DNA of 64,000 bases. Source: Planctomycetota bacterium. GTDB taxonomy: Bacteria > Planctomycetota > UBA1135 > UBA2386. Location: NCBI GenBank assembly GCA_046290465.1, contig JBKAGP010000001.1, positions 2,368,001-2,432,000 on the forward strand, written 5' to 3'. The number at the start of each line of letters is the position of its first letter. The first letter of the stretch is position 1. The position numbers were made by a program, and so were the translations under genes. This document shows, one piece after another, positions 1 to 9,371 of this stretch. The notes under the pieces are model-generated. The model was not told where the DNA came from. It did not search any database and was given only the letters and a program-made list of their open reading frames with translations.

Positions 1-1
1 T

Positions 2-2500
2 TGGGACGGCGCGATCTTCCATCCCGTCGGCACGTCGGCGACGTTCACGCTGGCGGTCCGCGCGATGCTGGCCCGCAGCAACGGCGACCTGCTGATCGCC
101 GGCGGCGGCAGCGCGCCGGTGATGCGCTGGAACGGCAGCAACTGGAGCACGCTCGGATCCGGGCTCGGCCAGCGGCCCGAACGGCTGATCGAGACCTCGA
201 CCGGCGCGGTGTTCGCCGGCGGCACGACCAACGTGCAGCCGTTCGTCGGTCAGGTTGCGGAGCTGATCGGCAGCAGCTGGACCACCCGCGGCACCGCGCT
301 CGACCAGGACGTGTTCGACCTGCTGGAGCTCGCCGACGGCCGCATCGCGGCGTGCGGCGGGTTCGCCGTGCTCGACGCGGCGGCGTGCGCGCGCATCGGC
401 GCCTGGGACGGCCAGGGATGGGCACCGGTGACGACCGGCTGCGAGGGCGTGATCATGTCGATCACGCAGCTCTCGGACGGCAGCGTCGTCGTCGGCGGCA
501 GCTTCCGGCACATCGGCGACCTGCAGACCCACGGCATCGCGCGCTTCGACGGCGCCAGCTGGCAACCGCTCGGCAGCGGCGTGTTCGGCAACGTCGCCGA
601 CGTCGCCGAGGCCCCCAACGGCGACCTCTACGTGGCCGGCTACTTCGGCGAGGCGGGCGGCGTGGCCTGCAACAGCGTGGCGCGCTGGGACGGCACGGCC
701 TGGCACGCGATCGGCGGCGGCGTGCCGTTCGGCATCCTGCAGACGATCGCCCTGCAGCAGAACGGCCTGCCGATCGTCGGCGGCGCCGTGGCCGGCGGCG
801 CCCACATCCAGCGCTTCGACGGCAGCGCCTGGGTGCCGCTCGGCGCCGGCACGTCCGGCACCGTCTACGACATCGCGATCGCGCCCAACGGCGACGTGAT
901 CGCCGGCGGCCAGTTCGTGTTCGCCGGTGGCCAGGTGGTCCAGAACATCGCGCGCTGGAACGGCAGCTGGTCGGCGTTCGGCACCGGCCTGACCGGCCCG
1001 GTCTACGACCTCGACCTGATCGACGGCAGCGTGCTCTACGCGACCGGCCTCTTCGACCTGTTCACGCCGACGGCGCACGGCCTCGAGCTGTGGGACGGCA
1101 GCAGCTGGACCGCCATCCCGGGGATCGGCATCGCGTCCGACACCACGGTGGCGCCCAATGGCGATCTGCTGGTCCACGTCAGCAGCACGCGCAGCATCGT
1201 GCGCTGGGACGGCGTCGGCCCGACGACGATCGCCGGCTACAACATCCCGGGCATCTCGGGCAGCGTCGCGGCACTCGCGTTCGTCGACGACACGCTGTTC
1301 GTCGGCGGCCGGATGAGCACCGAGGTCGCCGGCTTCCACAACTTCGCGCTCGGTCGGCTGGGCACGCCGTGCCCGCCCATCTCGTTCGACATCGGCGGCG
1401 GCTGCAGCGGCCACCAGCTGCAGGTCGACGCGCCGTGGGCCGGCCAGGCCGTGATCGAGAACGGCTCGGGCCTGCCGCCCGCCACGCTGGTCGTCGTCGC
1501 CCGCGGCCTGACCGCCACCAACGTGCCGCTGCCGAACGTGCTGCCACAGGGCCAGGCCGGCTGCACGCTGCGGGTCGGCAACGCGCTGCTCGAGCCGACC
1601 CTCTCGTCGACCACCGGCACCACCAGCACCTCGTGGCAGCTGCCCAACGACCCGGCGCTCGGCGGGGTGCAGGTGTTCGCGCAGCTGGTGACGCTGCCGA
1701 TCGCCGGCGGCGCGCTGGGCCCGGTCGCGGCGAGCAACGCGGTCGAGCTGCGGGTCGGGGCGTTCTCGGGCACGGGGCGTTCTACGGGCACGGGGCGTTC
1801 AGGGGCACGGGGCGTTCAGGGGCACGGGGCGCTAAGAGACACCGGGCGCGCCGGTCCGGCCCGCGGCAGCCGGACCCGGAGGGTGGTATGCTCGCCACTA
1901 CTCTGCAATGCAAAGCCCATCGACAGCCGCCCGCCGCACGTCCACCGCGCTCGCCATCCTGGCGTGGGGCGTGCTCCCCCTGCTCGGCCTGTGCGCGGAG
2001 ATCGCGACCGGCATGCTCAGCAGCGAACTGCCGCTGTTCCCGTCGCTGGGCTGGATCGCGGCCGTCGTGCTGGCGGTGTTCGCAAACCTCGCGCTGCACG
2101 CCGACGCCACCAGCAACCGGCTGCCGCTGCTGGCGTCGGCGTTGCTGCACGCGTTCGTGCTCGGCATGGCGGTGCTCTACGCCGCTGCGGAGCTGCCGGC
2201 GATCCTGGTCATCGTGATGCTGATCCCGGTCGGCTTCGGCGCACTCGCGGCCGCGCCGTTCCTGACGCTGCTCGGCATGGTGCGGCTGCTGCCGCGGCTG
2301 GCGCGTCGCTGGTCCGAAGCCGGCGGCACACCGGCCAACCTGGTGCTGCTGCTGCTCGCCGGCACCGGCGCACCGGCGGCGATCTGCACGTTCGGAGTCG
2401 TCGAGCGCAACCAGGTGCATCGCTGCATGCAGGAGCTCGCCGCGAGCCTCGACGGCGGGAGCTTCGACCGACAAGAACGGCTGGCCGCGCAGCTGCGTGA
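2..2500 (+). CDS. Secreted beta-propeller protein ([R/W]WDG repeats) with conserved C-terminal domain; 5'-partial. The homologous part ends at ~1765; the rest is read-through over a tandem repeat
   Basis: Frame open from base 2 (WDGAIFHPVG...). Repeated G.L.VGG.F.....IARWDG..W..LG.G units; C-terminal ...LPNDPALGGVQVFAQ...AASNAVELRVGAF at ~1765. No stop until 2500, overlapping the next gene by ~590 nt. Confidence 0.8.
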   Translation, partial: WDGAIFHPVGTSATFTLAVRAMLARSNGDLLIAGGGSAPVMRWNGSNWSTLGSGLGQRPERLIETSTGAVFAGGTTNVQPFVGQVAELIGSSWTTRGTALDQDVFDLLELADGRIAACGGFAVLDAAACARIGAWDGQGWAPVTTGCEGVIMSITQLSDGSVVVGGSFRHIGDLQTHGIARFDGASWQPLGSGVFGNVADVAEAPNGDLYVAGYFGEAGGVACNSVARWDGTAWHAIGGGVPFGILQTIALQQNGLPIVGGAVAGGAHIQRFDGSAWVPLGAGTSGTVYDIAIAPNGDVIAGGQFVFAGGQVVQNIARWNGSWSAFGTGLTGPVYDLDLIDGSVLYATGLFDLFTPTAHGLELWDGSSWTAIPGIGIASDTTVAPNGDLLVHVSSTRSIVRWDGVGPTTIAGYNIPGISGSVAALAFVDDTLFVGGRMSTEVAGFHNFALGRLGTPCPPISFDIGGGCSGHQLQVDAPWAGQAVIENGSGLPPATLVVVARGLTATNVPLPNVLPQGQAGCTLRVGNALLEPTLSSTTGTTSTSWQLPNDPALGGVQVFAQLVTLPIAGGALGPVAASNAVELRVGAFSGTGRSTGTGRSGARGVQGHGALRDTGRAGPARGSRTRRVVCSPLLCNAKPIDSRPPHVHRARHPGVGRAPPARPVRGDRDRHAQQRTAAVPVAGLDRGRRAGGVRKPRAARRRHQQPAAAAGVGVAARVRARHGGALRRCGAAGDPGHRDADPGRLRRTRGRAVPDAARHGAAAAAAGASLVRSRRHTGQPGAAAARRHRRTGGDLHVRSRRAQPGASLHAGARREPRRRELRPTRTAGRAAA
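1756..1841 (+). repeat. Five-copy 17-18 bp degenerate tandem repeat (CGGGGCGTTC(T/A)..GGGCA)
   Basis: cggggcgttctcgggca / cggggcgttctacgggca / cggggcgttcaggggca / cggggcgttcaggggca / cggggcgctaagagaca. Confidence 0.9.
1884..1892 (+). promoter_or_regulatory. Putative extended -10 element (TGnTATGCT) for the 1908 gene
   Basis: TGGTATGCT ending 15 nt upstream of ATG 1908, an AT-rich motif in a very GC-rich background. Confidence 0.45.
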
Positions 2501-4232
2501 GCTGGATCTTGCCTGGCAGCTGCACCTCGTGCGGATGGGCACGACGCTCGCGCTGCCGTGGTCCGACCACCCAGGTGCGGCGCACCTCGCCGACGGCAGG
2601 CCGTTCTGGTTCGTGCAACGCCTCTGCCTGTACGATCTGTCCCAACGCGACGCCGCCGACGCGTTCTACCGCGCGCACGGCCGCTCGGGGCTCGAACCGC
2701 AGCCGGGCGGCCGGGACCGGCAGGTCCGTTCGCGGTCGCTGCACTGGCACACGAGCGAGTTCGAAGCGCACGTCGAGCCGGCCGCCGGGGTCGCGCGCGT
2801 CGACTGGCTGCTCGAGGTGCACGCCTCGTCGATGGTGTTCCAGGAGGCCCGCTTCGATCTGCGGCTGCCGTTCGGGGCCGTGGCTTCGTCGCTGTCGATG
2901 TCGATCGAAGGCGAAGAACGGCCCGCCGCGTTCGCCGGGGCGGGCGAGGTGCGCAAGGCCTACGAGCAGGTCGTCGCGACCCGCCGCGATCCGGCGTTGC
3001 TGACCGAGACCGACCCGGGGCAGCTGCAGCTGCTGGTGTTCCCGGTGGCGCGCCAGCTGCCGCCGGCACGGGTGCGGGTGTCGTTCACGGTGCCGATCGC
3101 GACCACGGGCGAACACGGCCTGCTGTCGCTGCCGGACATCGCCGCGCACAACTGCAATGGCAGCACGCCGGCGGCGCACCACCTGACCGTGGTGACCGGG
3201 GATCGCCGGGAGTCGCACACGGTGCCGATCGACGCGCCGCCGCCCGAACTGCGCACCGCGCGGCCGGACGCGGTGACGTTCACCGAGGATGCCGACGGGG
3301 TGCTCACGCAGACCGTGCGCTCGGCCCCGACGTCGACCCGCACGCAAGACGCCCCGCTGCTGGTCGTGGTCGAGGCCTCGGCGTCGGTCGCGCGACTCGG
3401 GCGCGACCTCGGAGCACTGTTCGAAGGCCTCGCGACCGGCCAGCCGTGCTCGGTGTTCGTCGCCTGTGGCGGCACCCACTTCGAGCGCGTCGACGGCGAG
3501 GTCGGTGCGCCGTCGTTCGGAGCCGCGCTGGCGCGGATCCCGTGCCGCGGCGGCTGCGATCCGGCCAGGGCCCTGCAGGCGGCCCTGCAGGACGCCGAGC
3601 AGCATGCCAAGGCGACCGGCACGGGCGAGGTGCTCTGGCTGCAAGGCGCCGTGCCGCGACGCCTGGAGGACCTGGTGCCGACCGTGCCCGAGAACGTCCG
3701 CATCGAGGCCTATGCGCTGGCGTCCGGCGGCAACGCGCTGGCGGACGAGCCGACGCTGGCGGCGGCCATCGAGCGCCAGTGGTGCGGCGCGGTCACCGCG
3801 CGCCAGGCGAGCGAGGTGATCGCCAACACCGCACCGCGCCACGGTGATGGCCTGCGGGTCGGCGACAGCGAGCGACGGTTCGCGCGCTCCGAGGCGGCGC
3901 CGCCGGGCGCCGTTCGCGTGTCCGACCAGCTCGCGCGGCTGTGGGCCGGGTGGCGCGCCAGGGACCTGCTGCGCACCGGCGTGCCGGTCGACGCCGCCGA
4001 TCTGGCCAGCCGCTATCGCGTCGCCACCGCCGGCGTCGGCGCCGTCGTTCTCGAGAACCAGCGACAGTACGAGCAGCACGCGCTCGACCCTGGCGCCGCG
4101 ATCGGTCGCGAGCCCGAAGGCGTCGTCGGCGGCGGCCCGGTGCCCGAACCGACCACGATCCTGCTGCTCGGATCCGGCCTGCTGGCGCTGCTGTGGGCCC
4201 ACCGGCGGCGGCAGCGACCGGCCGCCGGATGA
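1908..4232 (+). CDS. Integral-membrane VIT-domain protein with PEP-CTERM sorting signal
   Basis: About 5 N-terminal TM helices; VIT-like core (EARFDLRLPFGAVASSLSMSIEGEERPAAF...AYEQVV..RRDPALL...LLVFPV); C-terminal VPEPTTILLLGSGLLALLWAHRRRQR (PEP motif + TM + basic tail). Confidence 0.8.
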   Translation: MQSPSTAARRTSTALAILAWGVLPLLGLCAEIATGMLSSELPLFPSLGWIAAVVLAVFANLALHADATSNRLPLLASALLHAFVLGMAVLYAAAELPAILVIVMLIPVGFGALAAAPFLTLLGMVRLLPRLARRWSEAGGTPANLVLLLLAGTGAPAAICTFGVVERNQVHRCMQELAASLDGGSFDRQERLAAQLRELDLAWQLHLVRMGTTLALPWSDHPGAAHLADGRPFWFVQRLCLYDLSQRDAADAFYRAHGRSGLEPQPGGRDRQVRSRSLHWHTSEFEAHVEPAAGVARVDWLLEVHASSMVFQEARFDLRLPFGAVASSLSMSIEGEERPAAFAGAGEVRKAYEQVVATRRDPALLTETDPGQLQLLVFPVARQLPPARVRVSFTVPIATTGEHGLLSLPDIAAHNCNGSTPAAHHLTVVTGDRRESHTVPIDAPPPELRTARPDAVTFTEDADGVLTQTVRSAPTSTRTQDAPLLVVVEASASVARLGRDLGALFEGLATGQPCSVFVACGGTHFERVDGEVGAPSFGAALARIPCRGGCDPARALQAALQDAEQHAKATGTGEVLWLQGAVPRRLEDLVPTVPENVRIEAYALASGGNALADEPTLAAAIERQWCGAVTARQASEVIANTAPRHGDGLRVGDSERRFARSEAAPPGAVRVSDQLARLWAGWRARDLLRTGVPVDAADLASRYRVATAGVGAVVLENQRQYEQHALDPGAAIGREPEGVVGGGPVPEPTTILLLGSGLLALLWAHRRRQRPAAG

Positions 4233-4286
4233 GGCGGCGGCGGCGCGCCAGCGGCTCACCACCGCGGGGCGGCGGCCGCGGCCGGC

Positions 4287-4312
4287 GGATCTGCGCCGTC
4301 CGGCGCAGCTCC
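4287..4312. terminator. GC-rich hairpin between convergent genes
   Basis: ggat-ctgcgccg-tc-cggcgcag-ctcc stem-loop; no U-tract. Confidence 0.35.
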
Positions 4313-4314
4313 GA

Positions 4315-6231
4315 TCAGAACTGCTCGAGTTCGCAGTTGGTGCGGAACCAGCCGCTGACGGCGTCGAAGCCGACCGCCTGGAAGCTCATCTGCTGGCCGA
4401 CCAGCAGCCAGTTCGGGATGTTGGTGTAGAGCCAGGTCTTGCCCGGGGTGCCGATCGCGCCGGTGCCCGAGAACGAGACGCCACCGAACGCGCCGGTGCC
4501 GTCTTCGAGCACGAGCGTCAGCGCGTAGCCCGGATCGGTGCAGATCGGACCGATCGGCGACGGCAGCGTCGGCGAACCGGGGTACGACATGAACACGATG
4601 TACGGGACCTGACCCGACGGCGCCGCGGTCTGGTTGACCGTGTTGAGCACCAGCAGCGTCGTGGTCGGGCCGACCACGCCGGTGGCCGACAGCTTGCGGG
4701 CGAACAGCGAGAACTCGCCGTTGCTCTGCGAACCGGGCGTGCTGGCGGTGACCGTCAGCGCGCCGCCGGCCGTGCCGTCGGCCGTGACCGTCGTCTGCGC
4801 GAAGCCGTTGCTGTCGGCGATGACCGGGTTGGTCGTCGACAGCGAGTGGCCGCCGGTCACCGAGAAGTTGACCGTGCCGCCCGGCAGCGGGTTGTTGTTG
4901 GTGTCGAGGACCTGCACCTCGATCGGCTGCGGGAACGTCTCGCCGTGCGGGCCGATCTGGTCGTCACCGCTGACGGCGACGACGCTGTTGGTCGGGCCGA
5001 GCGCGCGGATCCGGCGCAGGCTGCCACCAGACGTCGCGTAGGTGCCGGGGTGCTGCGTGAAGTAGATCGCGCCGTCCGGGCCCATGCGCATCGCGGTGGT
5101 CGCGACGAAGCCGTTGCCCCACGACGAGGCGTTCGGCTGGCCGGGCACCTGCGGCGCGGGCGCCCACGTGCCGTTGGTGTTCTTGATGCGGCGCAGCTGG
5201 CCGGCGAAGTAGTCGAGGTAGAACGCGTCGCCCTCGTAGCCGGTGCCGAAGTCGAAGTTCGTGCCGCCGTTGCGGTAGACGGGGCCGCCGATGATCGAGT
5301 TCCACGCGCCCGACGACTCGGCCGCGATCGGGTTGACCGACGACGGCGCGCCGCCGCCACAGCTCGAGTAGTTGCCGAGGCCTTCGCGCCACGGCCAGCC
5401 GAAGTTGACCAGCTGCAGGTTGCCCGACTGGTAGACGTACTCGCTGTACTCCTCCTGCGAGACCTGGCCGACGTCGCCGATGTAGCAGTTGCCGGTGACC
5501 TGGTCGACCTCCATGCGGAACGGGTTGCGCAGGCCGTTGGCGATCACCAGGCGGCTCCAGTTGTTGACGCCGCTGTTCGGGTTGTTGCCCGGATCGATGG
5601 TCGCGTAGCTGGGCTCCGAGTTGCTCGGGCCGGCCGGCAGCGCCGCGACGTTCATGCGCAGCAGGCAGCCGCTCTTGGACGTCAGGCTCTGCGCCGTGCA
5701 CTGCACCGCGTCGTCCCCGATCGACAGGTAGAGCATGCCGTCGGGACCGAAGCGAGCCGCACCGCCGTTGTGGTTGAAGTTCGAGTCGGGCGACGAGTTG
5801 ATGATCACGCGACGCGACGCCGTCGAGAACGACAGGTTGGTGCTCGCCGCGTTCGCGAGGTCGCCGGTGCAGGTCAGACGATCCAGGTGCATGAAGCTGT
5901 CCTGGGTGCTCGACCACCACACGTAGATGTAGCCGTTGGTCGCGAAGTTCGGGTCGGCCTCGATGCTGAGCAGGCCGCGCTCGCTGCCGGTCTCGACGCT
6001 GCTGACCGTGCCGATCTGCTGCAGGCCGACGCCGTCGGCGTAGACGTGCACGGCACCGCCGCGGTTGGCGATCAGGATCCGGCCGTCGGCCAGGAACGTG
6101 AAGTCGTGGCAGGCCTGCAGGCCCGACGACACCAGCGTGTCGACGACGAAGTTGGTCGGGACGTTCTGCGCGCACGCGGTCGTGGCGATGGCCAGACCGG
6201 TAGCCGCGGAGAGAAGAGCAGTTCGAAGCAT
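4315..6231 (-). CDS. Secreted PQQ-dependent glucose/sorbosone dehydrogenase (GSDH)-like beta-propeller with Ig-like domain and conserved C-terminal domain
   Basis: Start MLRTALLSAATGLAIATTACAQ (ATG 6231, GAGG upstream); GSDH motifs ERGLLSIEADPNF..NGYIYV, NHNGG..RFGPDG.LYLSIGD, GLRNPFR, DVG, NFGWP..EG; Big-like VSGDDQ...V.V.D...PL.G.TV.F segment. Confidence 0.85.
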   Translation of the reverse strand: MLRTALLSAATGLAIATTACAQNVPTNFVVDTLVSSGLQACHDFTFLADGRILIANRGGAVHVYADGVGLQQIGTVSSVETGSERGLLSIEADPNFATNGYIYVWWSSTQDSFMHLDRLTCTGDLANAASTNLSFSTASRRVIINSSPDSNFNHNGGAARFGPDGMLYLSIGDDAVQCTAQSLTSKSGCLLRMNVAALPAGPSNSEPSYATIDPGNNPNSGVNNWSRLVIANGLRNPFRMEVDQVTGNCYIGDVGQVSQEEYSEYVYQSGNLQLVNFGWPWREGLGNYSSCGGGAPSSVNPIAAESSGAWNSIIGGPVYRNGGTNFDFGTGYEGDAFYLDYFAGQLRRIKNTNGTWAPAPQVPGQPNASSWGNGFVATTAMRMGPDGAIYFTQHPGTYATSGGSLRRIRALGPTNSVVAVSGDDQIGPHGETFPQPIEVQVLDTNNNPLPGGTVNFSVTGGHSLSTTNPVIADSNGFAQTTVTADGTAGGALTVTASTPGSQSNGEFSLFARKLSATGVVGPTTTLLVLNTVNQTAAPSGQVPYIVFMSYPGSPTLPSPIGPICTDPGYALTLVLEDGTGAFGGVSFSGTGAIGTPGKTWLYTNIPNWLLVGQQMSFQAVGFDAVSGWFRTNCELEQF

Positions 6232-6444
6232 GATGGAAAGGACCTCTACCGGTGATGGGGAGCGCCGCCAGGGCGAGCGTCGGCGCGGTAGGCAGGTCGC
6301 AGAAGTGTAGCGGCCGGACCGCAGCTTGGCAGCGGGGAACTGCGCCCTGTGGCCCGGTCGGGCGTAAGGCCACGGCCGTCGCGTCGGGCCGTTCGCCGAT
6401 CGGTCAAGCCGGCTGCGCGCGGGTGCCGATCGATCCCCCACGGC

Positions 6445-7785
6445 ATGGGCCACATCGTCTTCGCAGCTCCGAGCATCCGCAGGTTCCACCTGCACGAGCG
6501 CCTCCGTCGCGACCTGCTGCGGCGCGACCACCGCGTCTCGGTGCTGTGCTGCGACCGCACGTCGTTCACGTTCTGGCGCGAACAGGTGGCCGCCGTCGAC
6601 CTGCTGGCCACGACTCGCAGCGACGCGCCCGACGCCAACATGCAGACGCTGCTGCAGCAGGTCACGGCCGGCGACGAACGGCGGCGGCTGGCGCGGCTGC
6701 TGCCGGCGGCGACCCGCTGGCTCGAGCGCGAACGTCCGGACCTGGTGCTGTTCCACGGCGAGCGCTCGGCGACGACCGCGGCGCTGCAGTTCGCGGCGCG
6801 CACGGTCGGCTGCCCGGTGCTGTGGACCGGCGACGGCCTGCTGCCACACACCATGCAGGTCGACGACCGTGGCCTCGACGCCGATGCCGGCTCGCGGCGC
6901 TGGCAGGCCAGGGACTACCGCGTCGTCGCGCCCGACGATGCGCTGCTCGACGCCAGCCTCGCCCACGCGCTCTCGGGCGGCGAACCGCTGGCGCTGCCGC
7001 GCGCCGAGGTGCACGTGCCGATGGTCTCGCGACGGCTGCTCGACGCGCTGTGCTACGGACTCGAAGGACGCTTCGCCGCGAGCCTGCACGCGCTGCACGG
7101 CTGGCAGGCGGCGTTCGCCGACGTGACGCCGCGGCCGCCGGTGGTGCCGGTGCTCGACCTGCGGCCGCCGTTCGTAGCCGTGCTGCTGCAGGCCGACGAC
7201 GACCCGCGCCTGGTGCACGACGGCCAGCCGGCGCCGTCCCCCGCCGAACTGGTGCAGCAGGCGCTCGCCGCCGCGGCACGCCTCGATCCGGATGCCACCG
7301 TGGTCGCGGCGCTGCCACCGCGCTGCACCGAGCGCCGCTGGGGCCCACAGGCCCTGGCCGGCGCCGCCGGCGATCGGGTGCGGATCGTGCCGGCGGGCGG
7401 CGCGGCGGTCGCCGCCGCGACCGCGGCCGCCGTCGTCACCGTCAACCATCCGATGGCGACCGCCGCGCTGCTGGCGGGCACCCCGGTGCTGCACACCGGC
7501 CGCGCGCTCTACGAACTGCCCGGCGTCACCCACGCGACCACGCCGGAGGGACTGCCCGACGCGCTGGCGGCAGCCAGCGGGCGCGACCGGCCGGCGCTGC
7601 GACGGCGATTGCTGAGCTGGCACCTGCGCCACGGCCACGTCTGGTGTTCGCCGACCGCGCCCAACCACAACGGCATGCTCGGCCTGGTCGAAGCGGTCGA
7701 GAAGCGGCTCGCCGCGGCCGGCGGGGCCGAGTCCCGGCCGCTGCCCTACCGGCCCGGTCCGACCTGGCCGCTCGCGACCTCGTGA
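6445..7785 (+). CDS. KpsS/KpsC-like capsular polysaccharide biosynthesis protein (divergent)
   Basis: DGLLPHTMQVDDRG.DA, PFVAVLLQADDD and VVTVNHP.A..ALL.GTPVL.TGRALY..PGVT resemble KpsS motifs (PLQV..D; VVTINS..G..AL..G.PV...G.A.Y). Confidence 0.65.
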   Translation: MGHIVFAAPSIRRFHLHERLRRDLLRRDHRVSVLCCDRTSFTFWREQVAAVDLLATTRSDAPDANMQTLLQQVTAGDERRRLARLLPAATRWLERERPDLVLFHGERSATTAALQFAARTVGCPVLWTGDGLLPHTMQVDDRGLDADAGSRRWQARDYRVVAPDDALLDASLAHALSGGEPLALPRAEVHVPMVSRRLLDALCYGLEGRFAASLHALHGWQAAFADVTPRPPVVPVLDLRPPFVAVLLQADDDPRLVHDGQPAPSPAELVQQALAAAARLDPDATVVAALPPRCTERRWGPQALAGAAGDRVRIVPAGGAAVAAATAAAVVTVNHPMATAALLAGTPVLHTGRALYELPGVTHATTPEGLPDALAAASGRDRPALRRRLLSWHLRHGHVWCSPTAPNHNGMLGLVEAVEKRLAAAGGAESRPLPYRPGPTWPLATS

Positions 7786-7815
7786 ACGGCGCCCCGAACT
7801 GCCGATAGGACTGCC

Positions 7816-9240
7816 GTGAAGCACACGGTCCGCAGCACCCTGCTCTGCCTCGGCACCGGCGTCGTGGTGCAGCGCGTGCTGCAGCTGGTGTCGTTCCTGA
7901 TCGTCGGCCACACGCTCGGGGTCGCCGGGCTCGGCGTCTACGCCGAGGGCATGGCGGTCGCCGCGGTGCTCGCCGTGGTCGCCGGCGCCGGCGTGCGCAA
8001 CCTGGTCGCACGAGCGGTCAGCCGGCAGCCCGACGCCGCCGGCGTGCTGGTCGGCCACGCGGTGCACATGCGGCTGCTGGTCGGCGTGACGCTGGCGATC
8101 GTCGCGGCGATGCTGGCGTTCGTCGGTTCGACGCGGCCCTGGTTCTGGCTGCTGTGCGTGCTGCACGTCGTGCCCGCCGCGTTCGACCTGAAGAACCTCG
8201 TCGACGCCGCCGGCCGCACCCGCGGCGAGGTCGTGCTCGATGCGTCGGCCGCGGTGCTGCAGCTGGCGCTGATCGGGGTCTGGTCGACGACCGCCGAGCC
8301 GCGCCTCGAGGTGCTCGCCGGGATCAGCCTCGGCTGCCGCGCGATCTACGCCGTCGGCGCGATCCTGTCGATCCGCCGCCTGCCGGCCCTGCGCGAACCC
8401 GACCACAAGCCGGTCGGACTCAACGCGGTCGGAGCCGGCCAGACCGCGCACGAACTGCTCGCGATCGGCGACGTCGCGCTGGTCGCGATGGTCGCCGGCG
8501 ACGTCGCGGCCGGCTACTACGCGGTAGCCGTTCGCTTCGCGGCTGCGGCGATGCTGCCGTCGGCGCAGCTGGCCCGCCTGCTGCTGCCCCACCTGCTGCA
8601 CGCGCAGCAGAACGGCGACGCCACCCGCACGTTCGCGACCGCGCTGCGCGCGACGCTGTGGCTGACCGCACCGGTGTGCGCCGGCGGGCTGGTCGTCGCC
8701 GACCAGCTGTGCGCGCTCAGCGGCGACGGCTTCGCGGTCAGCGGCCACGTGCTGCGGCTCTTGCTGTTCGCAGGCATCTGCCAGCACGTCGGCTGGCAGT
8801 GCAGCCACGCGCTGCTCGCCGCCGGCCGCGACCGCGCCTACGCCAACGGCCTGCTGTGGCCCGCGACGCTGCACGCCGCGGCGCTGGCGACCCTGTGGCT
8901 CGCGCCGACCCTGGCGCCGGATCTGGGCGGGGCCGGGCAGGCGACGCTGGCGGCGACCGCCGCCGCGTTGGCGCAAGCCGGCTACCTGTGCTGCAGCCTG
9001 TGGGCGATGCACTGCGGCCCCGCGTTCGCGCGGGCGCTGCTCGCCCCCACCGTCGCCGCGCTGGCCACCGCGGGGGCCGCGTCGCTGCCGGTCGACTGGC
9101 TCGCCACCTCGCTGCAGCTGCCGATGCGGCTCGCGTCCGGCGCCGCCGCGTTCGTGCTGGTGCTGTGGCTGCTCGAGCTGCGCGGCCGTCTGCGCCACGT
9201 CGGCGACGGCCTCGCCACCTCCAGCGGCTTCGGCAGCTGA
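7816..9240 (+). CDS. Wzx-like polysaccharide flippase (MOP superfamily)
   Basis: About 12-14 hydrophobic segments; LG...LGVY; D.ALV..V.G..AAGYYAVA.R; located in a glycosyltransferase cluster. Confidence 0.75.
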   Translation: MKHTVRSTLLCLGTGVVVQRVLQLVSFLIVGHTLGVAGLGVYAEGMAVAAVLAVVAGAGVRNLVARAVSRQPDAAGVLVGHAVHMRLLVGVTLAIVAAMLAFVGSTRPWFWLLCVLHVVPAAFDLKNLVDAAGRTRGEVVLDASAAVLQLALIGVWSTTAEPRLEVLAGISLGCRAIYAVGAILSIRRLPALREPDHKPVGLNAVGAGQTAHELLAIGDVALVAMVAGDVAAGYYAVAVRFAAAAMLPSAQLARLLLPHLLHAQQNGDATRTFATALRATLWLTAPVCAGGLVVADQLCALSGDGFAVSGHVLRLLLFAGICQHVGWQCSHALLAAGRDRAYANGLLWPATLHAAALATLWLAPTLAPDLGGAGQATLAATAAALAQAGYLCCSLWAMHCGPAFARALLAPTVAALATAGAASLPVDWLATSLQLPMRLASGAAAFVLVLWLLELRGRLRHVGDGLATSSGFGS

Positions 9241-9246
9241 CGCCGC

Positions 9247-9314
9247 GCCAACCGCCGGTTGGTAAGGCCTGCTCCCGGACCCGATCTTGCGGACCCGATC
9301 CTGCGGACCGGGAG
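9247..9314. repeat. Structured intergenic element: 14-bp direct repeat x2.4 inside inverted ends; related to the 49541 palindrome
   Basis: cggacccgatcttg cggacccgatcctg cggacc (9276-9309) flanked by ctcccgg/ccgggag; 9261-9290 matches 49577-49606 at 24/30. Confidence 0.7.
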
Positions 9315-9371
9315 GAAAATGTTGGGGATGGGATCCAACGGGCGGGGGGATCGAGCCGATAGCAACGGACG

